IMG/VR virus record: IMGVR_UViG_3300009419_000013
Location: 1-64,000 of that record
Reading direction: 5' to 3' (one strand)
Length of the DNA: 64,000 nt
From: a virus
Below, piece after piece: positions 20,221-29,633 of the stretch. Within the stretch, counting starts at the first letter, position 1, and every line of letters starts with the position of its first letter. Under the pieces are notes generated by a model. That model was not told the DNA's origin. It saw only the letters and a program-made list of their open reading frames with translations, and made no database searches. Made by a program: the position numbers and the translations under genes.

Positions 20221-20898
20221 TTGTCAAATACAGAAAACCAAAACGTAGATAATTTCGATGGAGGATCTGCAGCATCCTCTGGACCAATCGAATTTATAGG
20301 TGGTTCGTCAGAATTTGCTACTGATCCTCTGGGTGGTGCTACCGCGGGATTTAATACATTATATACTAATATTGCTCTTACTTATCCTGATATTGATAGA
20401 GTAAAGGCAACATTTGAAAGATTTAATGATCCAAGTGAGATTAGATTTATAAAGGAAGCTCTCACTGTAACGAAGCAGTCACAGACCTTAAATAAGCTGG
20501 AATTGGTTGATTTCTTTCACCCTCTGCAAAATTTTTCGGAGTATCAGAAACAAAGTATGATAATAGGTCCAAGATCATCAGTCAATATAGATGCTGGATC
20601 TTTCTATGGCACCACGGGCGAGGTTTCAATGTTTATCGCTAAGGCAAATTATCTTCCCGAGGCTGGGGATAATGATAGAATTTTATTTTGGGACTATAAG
20701 GCTAATGCCAGAAATATTATGGGAAGCATAATGATTTTGACCGGTGCGGTAAAAAATGGTTCACAATGGAGAGGATGGGACATGGATCCATTTTCAACAT
20801 ATGGACATACTGGGGATGCTAATAGTTCCCAAGGAGGTTTTATATTCACTAATCCAACGGATTATAGTGTTAACCTAACAGTAATAGCAGCTAATTAA
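20221..20898 (+). CDS. Hypothetical late (probably structural) protein, paralog of the next gene
   Basis: TTG start after AATATATA (20197-20204); shares K-A...W-x-Y...MG-xx-MIL-x-G...GW...GG-xx-F-x-NP with 20900..21385. Confidence 0.6.
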   Translation: MSNTENQNVDNFDGGSAASSGPIEFIGGSSEFATDPLGGATAGFNTLYTNIALTYPDIDRVKATFERFNDPSEIRFIKEALTVTKQSQTLNKLELVDFFHPLQNFSEYQKQSMIIGPRSSVNIDAGSFYGTTGEVSMFIAKANYLPEAGDNDRILFWDYKANARNIMGSIMILTGAVKNGSQWRGWDMDPFSTYGHTGDANSSQGGFIFTNPTDYSVNLTVIAAN

Positions 20899-20899
20899 T

Positions 20900-21385
20900 A
20901 TGGCAACACAACCAATAACTTGTCCGTATCTGGTAGACGAAGGATTTAGATTCTATAATGGTAATCTAGTATTGGATAATGGACAGACGAATAATCCACC
21001 GGTGTATTTACCTATGGATGATATTGAATTAAAAGTTGATACGTTTGCAAGAAATCGAGCAATACTAAGAGTATCTAGCTGTTTTCTTTTAAGCCAAAGT
21101 GATATTGCTAATGTTGATGGCTACGTTGATTTTATAGCAATAAAAGCGATATTTCCAGCTAATATAGTGGAATCTAAGAAATATATAACTTGGGAATATC
21201 AAGGTGTCACTAATTATATGGGAGAATTAATGATTCTTAGCGGCAAGATGCTTTCGTCAACAGATTCAACTTTCGAGGGGTGGAATTTGGCTAAACCAGG
21301 TACTACTTTTAATAACGGTGGTATAACTTTTTGTAATCCGCATACCGATATCGAGATAAGATTAGAAATATTAATAGGATCCTAA
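20900..21385 (+). CDS. Hypothetical late (probably structural) protein, paralog of the previous gene
   Basis: See the shared motif with 20221..20898. Confidence 0.6.
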   Translation: MATQPITCPYLVDEGFRFYNGNLVLDNGQTNNPPVYLPMDDIELKVDTFARNRAILRVSSCFLLSQSDIANVDGYVDFIAIKAIFPANIVESKKYITWEYQGVTNYMGELMILSGKMLSSTDSTFEGWNLAKPGTTFNNGGITFCNPHTDIEIRLEILIGS

Positions 21386-21467
21386 AAATCGCTATTAAAA
21401 TGAAATATATAATGTAAAAGTTTCTTGTCCCTTGATGGATATATAAACTGTAAAAAAAAATTTAACC

Positions 21468-23639
21468 ATGGACTTCATAAACCAAGTAAAAAAATTAAAA
21501 GAAGTAACTAAATCACCTGAGGTTAGAACTCTATGTGAAAGTTTTCTTAGCGGAGGATCAGTTTCGGAGAGCGATCTAGTTAAATCTATTAATGAACATA
21601 ATATAACTCCAGACTTCGTATCTAACACACAAAATCATTTAGATATGATAAGAAAAGAGGAGGCAGAACTTTCTAAAAAGAATGCTGCAGCTCTTATGGA
21701 ATCTTGGGGTGGTTTGAAAAATGCATCTTTAAACAATGCAGGATCATACATCTCTAGAAAAGAAGAGAAAGAAGATAGATCACTTTTAGAAAGCTTATCA
21801 CAATTAGAGGGAAGTAATTTAGATTCTACTGCTAAATCATTTATCAAATCACAAGAGGTAAATAATTTAGGAATAAGATTAGCATTAAATTCTATTAAAG
21901 AATCTTCAATTTATAGCTATCCAAAAGCTAAAATTATGGTTGAACAATATAGTAATCTTTTGGAAAATAAAGGAGTCCCTGAATTTTCTTTGGTTCATAA
22001 TTTTCTAAATGATATTAAATCTTTATCTTGGGATAAAGACGTAGCTCAAGTTGCTGAATCTGTTAAGGAGAAATCTGAATCATTGAGCAGAGAAATAGAG
22101 GTAGCTAAAGTTTTAGAGGCTTTAAAGAACAGCGGTAACTCTTCATTCTATTCTGAATTAAACGAAACCTTGAATGATTGGTTGGTATCTGAAGAAAAAT
22201 CTAATGGCCTACTTGTTAGAAATATTTCGAAATGGAATTTCAATCCGATGGTTAGAGGATTAATAAACTATCTTAATGTTAATGAAACTGAAGATAAAAG
22301 AAAATTAGAAATTCCTGAAATGATACAGGGAGAATCTAGTGTATCGAGAGTATACTCTCCAGTTTTATTAGAAAATGGTAGATCCCTATTTTACCTAGGT
22401 GGATTCATATTTGAGGCTAATGAAGACGGTTTAAGAAAAATATCAGATAAAGAAATATCATCATTGCCACAGGAATATCTTTCATTAGTTTATACCTATG
22501 GTAAAAAACATGTTAGAGTTAATGAAAATGGAATCTTTATTAAATTAGGAAAAAGCATAGTTAGACTGGTTGAAGAAAATGACGAGGTAACTGCTTATAT
22601 GGGAAAAACTAGATTGAAATTTAGTGATCCTAGTGGTCTTGCTAAAATTGTTGGATTGGAATCAGGGTCTTATTTCGGAGTTAATGAATCTGATGTAGTT
22701 AATGACATAATGAATCTTTATACTAATTACAGTAACATCGTAGAATTAGACTTTGCTAAAAGTTTAACATCTAATGTATATGAAGGAGTTGGAGTTAATT
22801 TATTCAAATGGATGGATCAAATTTATCTTCAGAAGATAAATGATTCAATGAATGAGAATTCAATACATAAAGTAACTGGAACACAAGCAGTTTCGGTTGT
22901 TAAAAATTATCTTAGATATGACATCTCTGAAGGTTTAACAGAATTTTTAGAAGGTGAAAGTAAGGTTAAATCTGTTATGATCAACGATAGAGAGAAAGTT
23001 ATTTCAAACATATCTAAAGTTGATGAAGAATTAAATAAAATAAATACACTAATAGGATCAAGCCCACTATACGGTGAATCAGATCAGATTAAAGCAGCTA
23101 AAAAAATGCTTGAATCCGAACTTGTTATGCTAAGAGAAAAGTGGAACCAAATAAATCTTGAAATTGAAAAGATAGATCTTGATATTAACATAAGTGGAAG
23201 CTTAGATTTATTCGAGGATGAAAAATTTAATATCGGTTCTTACATAAAGGTTAAGGAGTCTGGGGAGACTGGAAAAATTATATCTATGGATGGTACATCA
23301 GGAAGATATACAGTATTACTAGACAACGGTAAGACATCTGACTTTTTAATAAATGAAATTAGTGATCTTGAGGAAGCATTATCTCAGGCAGCTGAAAAGA
23401 ATGCTGAATCGTCTGACGAAGATGGTGAGGAAGAGGTTAAAGAATCTAATAATCTTAATAAATCAGATCTTTCAATAGAGGAGCAAAAAAATATACTAAA
23501 GAATTTTGCTAATATGCACGGATTTACTAAAGCACCTAAAGGTGAAACGGAAGAAAAAATAGAACTAGGCTTAGATAGCTTACACGGTTACAATATTTCG
23601 ATGAATGAAGAATCTAGTGAAGATTTAAAAAAAAAGTAA
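21468..23639 (+). CDS. Large acidic protein, probable prohead core/internal head protein with a C-terminal KOW/SH3-like domain
   Basis: Late promoter GATATATA at 21438-21445; many L/I/V-x-E(S) gp21-type sites; FNIGSYIKVKESGETGKII. Confidence 0.55.
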   Translation: MDFINQVKKLKEVTKSPEVRTLCESFLSGGSVSESDLVKSINEHNITPDFVSNTQNHLDMIRKEEAELSKKNAAALMESWGGLKNASLNNAGSYISRKEEKEDRSLLESLSQLEGSNLDSTAKSFIKSQEVNNLGIRLALNSIKESSIYSYPKAKIMVEQYSNLLENKGVPEFSLVHNFLNDIKSLSWDKDVAQVAESVKEKSESLSREIEVAKVLEALKNSGNSSFYSELNETLNDWLVSEEKSNGLLVRNISKWNFNPMVRGLINYLNVNETEDKRKLEIPEMIQGESSVSRVYSPVLLENGRSLFYLGGFIFEANEDGLRKISDKEISSLPQEYLSLVYTYGKKHVRVNENGIFIKLGKSIVRLVEENDEVTAYMGKTRLKFSDPSGLAKIVGLESGSYFGVNESDVVNDIMNLYTNYSNIVELDFAKSLTSNVYEGVGVNLFKWMDQIYLQKINDSMNENSIHKVTGTQAVSVVKNYLRYDISEGLTEFLEGESKVKSVMINDREKVISNISKVDEELNKINTLIGSSPLYGESDQIKAAKKMLESELVMLREKWNQINLEIEKIDLDINISGSLDLFEDEKFNIGSYIKVKESGETGKIISMDGTSGRYTVLLDNGKTSDFLINEISDLEEALSQAAEKNAESSDEDGEEEVKESNNLNKSDLSIEEQKNILKNFANMHGFTKAPKGETEEKIELGLDSLHGYNISMNEESSEDLKKK

Positions 23640-23791
23640 GCCGTAACTTTTATTTTGCTCCTAAGGGGGAAAATCAGAATAAACCAGGCGAGACTTTTGT
23701 TCAATCTTCTGATGGTAAATTAAGTAAAGCTCCCGATGGCAAAGAAATAGAATCCTCCGACGAAGACGAGGAGGAAGAGGATAAGGAATAA
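23636..23791 (+). other. -1 frame coding extension of 21468..23639 (VSRNFYFAPKGENQ...SSDEDEEEEDKE*)
   Basis: Slippery T TTA AAA AAA AAG immediately before the TAA; -1 frame open for 51 codons and ends right at the terminator. Confidence 0.6.
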
Positions 23792-23825
23792 AAAGAATGT
23801 AGCTCATGAGCTACATTCTTTTTTT
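23792..23825 (+). terminator. Rho-independent terminator (perfect palindrome)
   Basis: AAAGAATGTAGCTCA|TGAGCTACATTCTTTTTTT. Confidence 0.88.
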
Positions 23826-23827
23826 AT

Positions 23828-23855
23828 GAAATCATTTATCTGTTTTATACTAAAA
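23828..23855 (+). promoter_or_regulatory. Putative middle promoter GAAAT-N17-CTAAAA upstream of the late sigma
   Basis: Matches the recurrent bipartite motif. Confidence 0.6.
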
Positions 23856-23880
23856 CTATAAACCAACCAAATAACAAACA

Positions 23881-24240
23881 ATGGCTAAAGAATATGTTAA
23901 AAACAGCGAGCTTTTAGCAGCTGTAATAGAATCTAAAAGTAAGGGTCAACTTACACCCGATACAATAGATATGTTTATGTTAATGATAAACGGAATATCT
24001 AAAAAAATGTCATATAAGGATCCGGAGGATAAAGAGGATTGTATGGCATTTGCAATGGAGGATCTTTGTAAATATTGGAATAGATTTAATCCTGAAAAAT
24101 CAAATAATCCATTTGCTTATTATACACAGATAGCTAAAAATGGATTTGCTAAGGGATGGAAAAAAATACATCCTCCGAAAAATCCTAAAACAATACCTTT
24201 TAGCTATATAACGGGTGAGGATAATTCGTATAACGTTTAA
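23881..24240 (+). CDS. Late transcription sigma factor (short T4 gp55-like)
   Basis: YVKNSELL, KYWNRFNPEKSNNPFAYYTQIAKNGF gp55 signature. Confidence 0.85.
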   Translation: MAKEYVKNSELLAAVIESKSKGQLTPDTIDMFMLMINGISKKMSYKDPEDKEDCMAFAMEDLCKYWNRFNPEKSNNPFAYYTQIAKNGFAKGWKKIHPPKNPKTIPFSYITGEDNSYNV

Positions 24241-24246
24241 TCTATT

Positions 24247-24732
24247 ATGGTAGATATAAAGAAAGTAAAACCTAACGGTGATCACAAATCTGGAAAATAT
24301 GCACCAAGAAATCCGGATAAGTATATAGGTGATATACATAATATCATCTATAGATCTTCATGGGAATATAGATTCTGTATCTACTGCGATACTAATGATT
24401 CTATATTAAAATGGAGTTCAGAGCCAGTTGCTATAGATTATTATAATCCTCTCGATAAAAAAGATCATAAGTATAATGTAGATTTCTATATAAAGGTGCA
24501 AAGGGAGGATCAAACCGAGCAGGACTGGATAATAGAAATAAAACCCGAAAACCAGACAAAGAAACCTATATATGAAGGTGTTAATACATTAGCAAAACTT
24601 AAATCATACAATAGAAATATGCAGATTTGGATAACAAATCAAGCAAAATTTAAAGCTGCTAAATTATGGGCAGAGAAGAGGGGATATAAATTCGGAGTTG
24701 TTGATGAGAATTTTTTATTTAAAAGTAAATAA
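24247..24732 (+). CDS. Head completion nuclease (T4 gp4-like, TnsA N-terminal fold)
   Basis: GKYAPRNPDKYIGD, YRSSWE, WSSEP, VDFYI, IEIKP, NQAKFKAA. Confidence 0.9.
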   Translation: MVDIKKVKPNGDHKSGKYAPRNPDKYIGDIHNIIYRSSWEYRFCIYCDTNDSILKWSSEPVAIDYYNPLDKKDHKYNVDFYIKVQREDQTEQDWIIEIKPENQTKKPIYEGVNTLAKLKSYNRNMQIWITNQAKFKAAKLWAEKRGYKFGVVDENFLFKSK

Positions 24733-25334
24733 TGTACTCTGATCTTGTTTTGGAATATAAAGATTCCATTGAAATTGGTAAGAATGTATTTACCGAGACT
24801 GATTTATATTTTTCTGATAACTATTTCTTTTCTAACAAGGAAATGATACAATTCAAACCTCCCTTTGTACCTGGAACAATATATAATTTCAACTATTTAA
24901 CGGATACTAGACTAAGTGAAACTAGAAAATTCATAGACAGAAGACCATTGATATTATGTACGAATGTATATCAAAATCCGAATTCTGGTACGATTATAGA
25001 GGGAATAGATATTATAACGGTTCCTCCCCGCATAAGAATAGATATAATAGGGAATTTTTATGATCAGTTTTATTCGCAGGTAGAATCAAATTATTTATCG
25101 TTCCAATCAGGAGGTGCAATTACACCAGTTAATTTAAAAAAGCCGCTATTAGAAAATCTGTTAAGAAACACCGGATATAATTTCTCATTATTTGGTTTTA
25201 AATATAAATTTATAAGAAATCCAAGAATAATATCTAATAAAGATTGGGCCAAAATTCCATATCTTACCGATAGTAACATAGAGGGGTTAAGCTTACAAAC
25301 GATATATAAGGAATATCAATCGAAATTAATTTAA
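24732..25334 (+). CDS. DNA end protector (T4 gp2-like)
   Basis: PGTIYNFNY...DRRPLIL...GIDI...PPRIR; adjacent to gp4. Confidence 0.55.
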   Translation: MYSDLVLEYKDSIEIGKNVFTETDLYFSDNYFFSNKEMIQFKPPFVPGTIYNFNYLTDTRLSETRKFIDRRPLILCTNVYQNPNSGTIIEGIDIITVPPRIRIDIIGNFYDQFYSQVESNYLSFQSGGAITPVNLKKPLLENLLRNTGYNFSLFGFKYKFIRNPRIISNKDWAKIPYLTDSNIEGLSLQTIYKEYQSKLI

Positions 25335-25371
25335 TCTTTTGACTAGAATAAAACATATACTTTATAAATAA

Positions 25372-26970
25372 ATGGCAGGTTTTGTAGATAATAATGATCC
25401 TTCTCAAACTCCGGTAATACAGAGAATTAGAGATTCTGTAAGAAAAATTAGTTCATTTGGTATGAAATACGATGACATGGTCATTCGTAATTCACAGGCT
25501 GTTGGTGTTACTGAGGCTGCTTTTCTTAATAAGAATAAGTCCAATGTCGAGGACGAAAGCATGCTATGGACCTTAGCTAAGCAGGATATATCATCCAGAC
25601 AATTTATAGGATATTTTGATAAGGACTATAAGGGAAAGAGAGACTATCTTAGAAAATTCTCATTAAATCCTGAAGTTGAATGGGTTCTTGATACCATATG
25701 TGACGAGGCAATATCTTATGATCCATCGAATTTCTTTGCTTATCCTGATTTCATAGATCTTAGCGACGTTAATGAAAAAATAAAGGAAGATTTATATGAC
25801 TCTTATAAAAAACTTTATGATGTTTGGGGATTTTCCGATGATATAACAGCTTGGCAATATTTCAGACAATTTATAATAGATGGATTTCTTGCATTTGAGA
25901 TAATCTATGATAATAAGGGTGATAATATAATCGGATTTAAGGAATTGGATCCAATTACACTTATACCTAGTGTGGAGAAACAAATAGATGGTAGCTATCT
26001 TAGCACCTGGACACAGTATCCTCAGGATCCCAAGAGAAAAAGAGTATTATATGATCCGCAAATCATCTACATATCATATGCTAAGGGTAATAGCATATCA
26101 AGAATTAGCTACATAGAAAGATTAATAAGACCTTATAATATTCTAAGAATTATAGAATATACTAGGGTTATATGGTCGGTCATGAATGCATCATTTAAAC
26201 TTAAGATGACCATTCCAATAGGAAGCAAATCCCAACAGAAGGGTATGCAAACTTTGGGTGAGTTAATGAGTATCTATAAGGAAGATATTCAGCTGAATGA
26301 TGATAGTGGTGAACTTACTGTGGATGGTAGACCTAAAATACAATTCTATAAGAATTATCTGATGCCTTCAGGTGTTAATGGTACACCAACTATAGAACCT
26401 ATAAATACTGAGGGTCCTAATCTTAATGATCCTCAGCCTTTATCATACTTCTTTGACAAGTACATCCTTGAATCTAAAGTTCCACCATCCAGATTTCATA
26501 ATCCTGATGGCGGAACAACTTCGCCATATTCAAATGGTGCGGAAGGACTTGATAAGGAGGAAATTAGATTTGCTAAATTTATATCTAGACTTAGATCGGT
26601 ATTTCAGGAGATATTACTAAAACCTTTATGGATACAGATGGTCAAGAAACATAAATCACTTGATGAGGATTTTATGTTTAAGAGTCAGCTTGGATTAGAT
26701 TACGTTTCTGATAACCCATTCAAATTAAATCAGGAGATGGATTTAATAAATAAAAGGAAGGAAGCAGTCGTTGCAATGACCGGATTAATGGGGGATGAGG
26801 AAAAACCATATTTCTCTAGCGCATTTCTTATAGAGACTTTTCTTGGAATATCTAAACAGGATATCGATGCTAATAAAGAGGCATTAGAAAGAAAAGAGAA
26901 GGAGAAGAAAAAAGAGGAAGGTAAAAAAGAAGAGGGTGGAGAAGAGGAAGCTCCAGAAGTAACACTATAA
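25372..26970 (+). CDS. Portal protein (T4 gp20-like), copy 1
   Basis: LNPEVEWVLDTICDEAI, FRQFIIDG, ELDPI, SYIERLIRPYN, KVPPSR, EEIRFAKFISRLRSVF. Confidence 0.9.
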   Translation: MAGFVDNNDPSQTPVIQRIRDSVRKISSFGMKYDDMVIRNSQAVGVTEAAFLNKNKSNVEDESMLWTLAKQDISSRQFIGYFDKDYKGKRDYLRKFSLNPEVEWVLDTICDEAISYDPSNFFAYPDFIDLSDVNEKIKEDLYDSYKKLYDVWGFSDDITAWQYFRQFIIDGFLAFEIIYDNKGDNIIGFKELDPITLIPSVEKQIDGSYLSTWTQYPQDPKRKRVLYDPQIIYISYAKGNSISRISYIERLIRPYNILRIIEYTRVIWSVMNASFKLKMTIPIGSKSQQKGMQTLGELMSIYKEDIQLNDDSGELTVDGRPKIQFYKNYLMPSGVNGTPTIEPINTEGPNLNDPQPLSYFFDKYILESKVPPSRFHNPDGGTTSPYSNGAEGLDKEEIRFAKFISRLRSVFQEILLKPLWIQMVKKHKSLDEDFMFKSQLGLDYVSDNPFKLNQEMDLINKRKEAVVAMTGLMGDEEKPYFSSAFLIETFLGISKQDIDANKEALERKEKEKKKEEGKKEEGGEEEAPEVTL

Positions 26971-26974
26971 TAAG

Positions 26975-28591
26975 ATGGCAGGATTTTTAGACTTTTTAAA
27001 ACCGAATCAATCAGCTTTAGGTAATATACTAAAGAATCTTGGAAACATATCAAAATTTGGTATGCAGTACGATGATATGGTTGTAAAAAATTCTCAGGCT
27101 ATTGGTAAGACTGAGGGATTTTTCTATAATCAGGATGGTAATGGGTTTACACAGAATGATGCTTTCTATTGGACATCATCGTATCAAGACACCAAGGTAA
27201 GAAAATATATTGCATATTTTGACCGTGATTATATCGAGAAGAGGAATTACCTTAGAAAATTTTCACTTAACGGTGAGATAGAGTTTATATTAGATACTAT
27301 AACTGATGAAGCAATAGTGTATGATGATAGAAATTATTTTGCTCAGCCATCGTTTATAAATCTTGATCTTAAGGATAAGGTAAAAGATAAGATCTCGGAG
27401 CATTACAATAAGATCTATAATGTATTTGGATTTCAGAACACAATACTTGGGTGGCAATATTTTAAACAGTTTCTAATTGATGGATTTCTTGCATTTGAAA
27501 TAATATATGATAGCAAGGGAAAAAATGTGATTGGATTTAAAGAATTGGACCCAACCTCTCTTCAGCCTATAGTAGAAAAGATTGGTGAGGAAGAACATAA
27601 ACAATTCTGGATTCAGTATCCAAAAAACCCACAAATGACCAGAAAGCTAACTAATGAGCAGGTCATTTATATTTCATATGCTAAGGGAAATATGATAACT
27701 AGAGTTAGTTATGTAGAAAGACTAGTTAGGTCATATAATATTCTTAGAATAATGGAGAATTCTAGAATTATATGGAACGTAATGAATTCGTCATATAGAT
27801 TGAAATTTATTATACCTATTGGTACACAGTCTCAACAAAAAGCAATGCAGAATCTTGGTCAGTTAATGTCGAATTATAAGGAGGATATTAATATAAATGA
27901 TTCTTCTGGAGAATTAACAATAAACGGTAAACCCAAAATTCAATTCTATAAGAATTATTTATTTCCTGAAAAGGACGGTCAGAGTCCTCAGATAGAATCA
28001 CTTAATCCTAGTGGACCTGATTTTAATGTTATGGAGAATGTGGTTTATTTCTTCAATAAGCTTAAAATGGATTCAAAAATACCTTATGCTAGATTTGCAT
28101 CCAGAAATAGTACACCAGGTAATTATCAGACAAGCATAGATCAATTGGAAAGAGATGAAATTAGATTTGAAAAATTTCTGAGAAGACTTAGATCAATTTT
28201 CCAAGAGATATTAACTAAGCCTCTTTATATACAGATGTGTCTTGATAATCCCGAATTATCAAGGGATAAGAACTTTAAAGCAAATATAGGTCTTAATTAC
28301 AATAGAGACAGCGAATTCGAGGAAATGGTTGAAATGAGTAATTACACTAAGAGAACTGAATTTATAACTGGACTTGGCGAACTTAAGGTTAAGATAGGCG
28401 AGGAGGAGAAGGGATATTTCGATAAGAACTTTTTAATACAAAGATTTCTTGGTATGAACCCGGATCAAATAAGAATGAATGAAAAGTATAAGGAAGCTGA
28501 AGCAAAACTAGCTGAAAAAGCAGGCGGTGAAGCACCACCTGAAGGAGAAGCACCAGCTGAAGGCGAGGAAGCACCTGAGGTAACCCTATAA
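26975..28591 (+). CDS. Portal protein (T4 gp20-like), copy 2
   Basis: Full-length paralog: EIEFILDTITDEAI, FKQFLIDG, KIPYARF, RDEIRFEKFLRRLRSIF; same C-terminus EEAPEVTL. Confidence 0.9.
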   Translation: MAGFLDFLKPNQSALGNILKNLGNISKFGMQYDDMVVKNSQAIGKTEGFFYNQDGNGFTQNDAFYWTSSYQDTKVRKYIAYFDRDYIEKRNYLRKFSLNGEIEFILDTITDEAIVYDDRNYFAQPSFINLDLKDKVKDKISEHYNKIYNVFGFQNTILGWQYFKQFLIDGFLAFEIIYDSKGKNVIGFKELDPTSLQPIVEKIGEEEHKQFWIQYPKNPQMTRKLTNEQVIYISYAKGNMITRVSYVERLVRSYNILRIMENSRIIWNVMNSSYRLKFIIPIGTQSQQKAMQNLGQLMSNYKEDININDSSGELTINGKPKIQFYKNYLFPEKDGQSPQIESLNPSGPDFNVMENVVYFFNKLKMDSKIPYARFASRNSTPGNYQTSIDQLERDEIRFEKFLRRLRSIFQEILTKPLYIQMCLDNPELSRDKNFKANIGLNYNRDSEFEEMVEMSNYTKRTEFITGLGELKVKIGEEEKGYFDKNFLIQRFLGMNPDQIRMNEKYKEAEAKLAEKAGGEAPPEGEAPAEGEEAPEVTL

Positions 28592-28619
28592 ATTATTAAT
28601 CTTTAATCTTTATTAATTT

Positions 28620-29585
28620 TTGAACTTAATAGATAAATTTGGATCTGTTAGAATATTGATTATTGGTGACGTGATGCTAGATCATTATGTTCATGGTAGC
28701 GTTACTAGGATATCACCGGAGGCACCTGTACCTATATTGGATGTAACTCGTTCCGAATATTATTTAGGTGGATCTGGTAATGTTCTACTGAACATAAAAT
28801 CAATGGGTGGTAAGGCCGATATAATTACCATGACAGGGGAGGACATTCATGGCGATATGATCGATGAGCTAATATCTGAACATAGTAATAACTCATTCGT
28901 TCTAAAGGATAGGTTAAGAAAAACAACATTAAAATCGAGATACATTTCAGGATCCAATCAATTATTCAGAGTTGATGAGGAAAGCAAAGATTATCTGGAT
29001 CCCTTATTGGAGGAGAAAATAATCTCAGTATTCAATGATACATTTCTTAATTATGATTGTATATTGATAGAGGATTATAACAAAGGACTATTGACACCAG
29101 GTATAATAAAGAATGTGATATCCAGATGTAATTCTTCAGGAATTCCAGTTATAGTGGATCCTAAGATTTTTAATGTACCTAGCTACTCTGGATGCAAATT
29201 ACTAAAACCTAATTTATACGAATTTTCCATAATGACAGGGTTAGATTGTTCAGATTTAGATCTTACTGAACTGGAGGTTCATGCTCGTCAATTTATATCC
29301 GATAATAATATTGATTCGATGCTAGTAACTTTATCTGATAAAGGACTGATTTACGTAGATGTAAATGAATCTGTTTATGATCCAGGATACCCGATGGATG
29401 TTTATGATGTTTCCGGTGCTGGAGATACTGTTATCTCTATTTTAGCATTATGTATGGTAAGCAATATAGATATTAAAAAATCATTATCCATCTGTAATAT
29501 AGCTGCATCCATAGCATGCTCGAAGTCCGGGATAGCTTCAGTTGGTATAAATGAAATTCTAAATTCCAAATTTTATACATTCTAA
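28620..29585 (+). CDS. rfaE1: D-glycero-beta-D-manno-heptose-7-phosphate kinase (RfaE/HldE kinase domain only)
   Basis: IGDVMLDHY...RISPEAPVP, GGSGNV, DYNKGLL, VDPK, KPN, DVSGAGDTV. Confidence 0.88.
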   Translation: MNLIDKFGSVRILIIGDVMLDHYVHGSVTRISPEAPVPILDVTRSEYYLGGSGNVLLNIKSMGGKADIITMTGEDIHGDMIDELISEHSNNSFVLKDRLRKTTLKSRYISGSNQLFRVDEESKDYLDPLLEEKIISVFNDTFLNYDCILIEDYNKGLLTPGIIKNVISRCNSSGIPVIVDPKIFNVPSYSGCKLLKPNLYEFSIMTGLDCSDLDLTELEVHARQFISDNNIDSMLVTLSDKGLIYVDVNESVYDPGYPMDVYDVSGAGDTVISILALCMVSNIDIKKSLSICNIAASIACSKSGIASVGINEILNSKFYTF

Positions 29586-29620
29586 TTTTTTTACTCCGTA
29601 TATTTTTTCTATATTTGTGA
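29586..29620 (+). promoter_or_regulatory. Host-sigma (Bacteroidota-type) early promoter, -7 TATATTTG at 29610-29617
   Basis: TAnnTTTG consensus; context shared with 16091-16126. Confidence 0.7.
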
Positions 29621-29633
29621 AAAAATAAATAAG

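Noticed and set aside
24247-24732. TnsA-like endonuclease as a Tn7 element
   Set aside because: Context (gp55, gp2, portal) and motifs fit T4 gp4 head completion protein; no tnsB/tnsC or transposon ends
25372-28591. Portal duplication as an assembly artefact
   Set aside because: The copies differ throughout at both nucleotide and protein level
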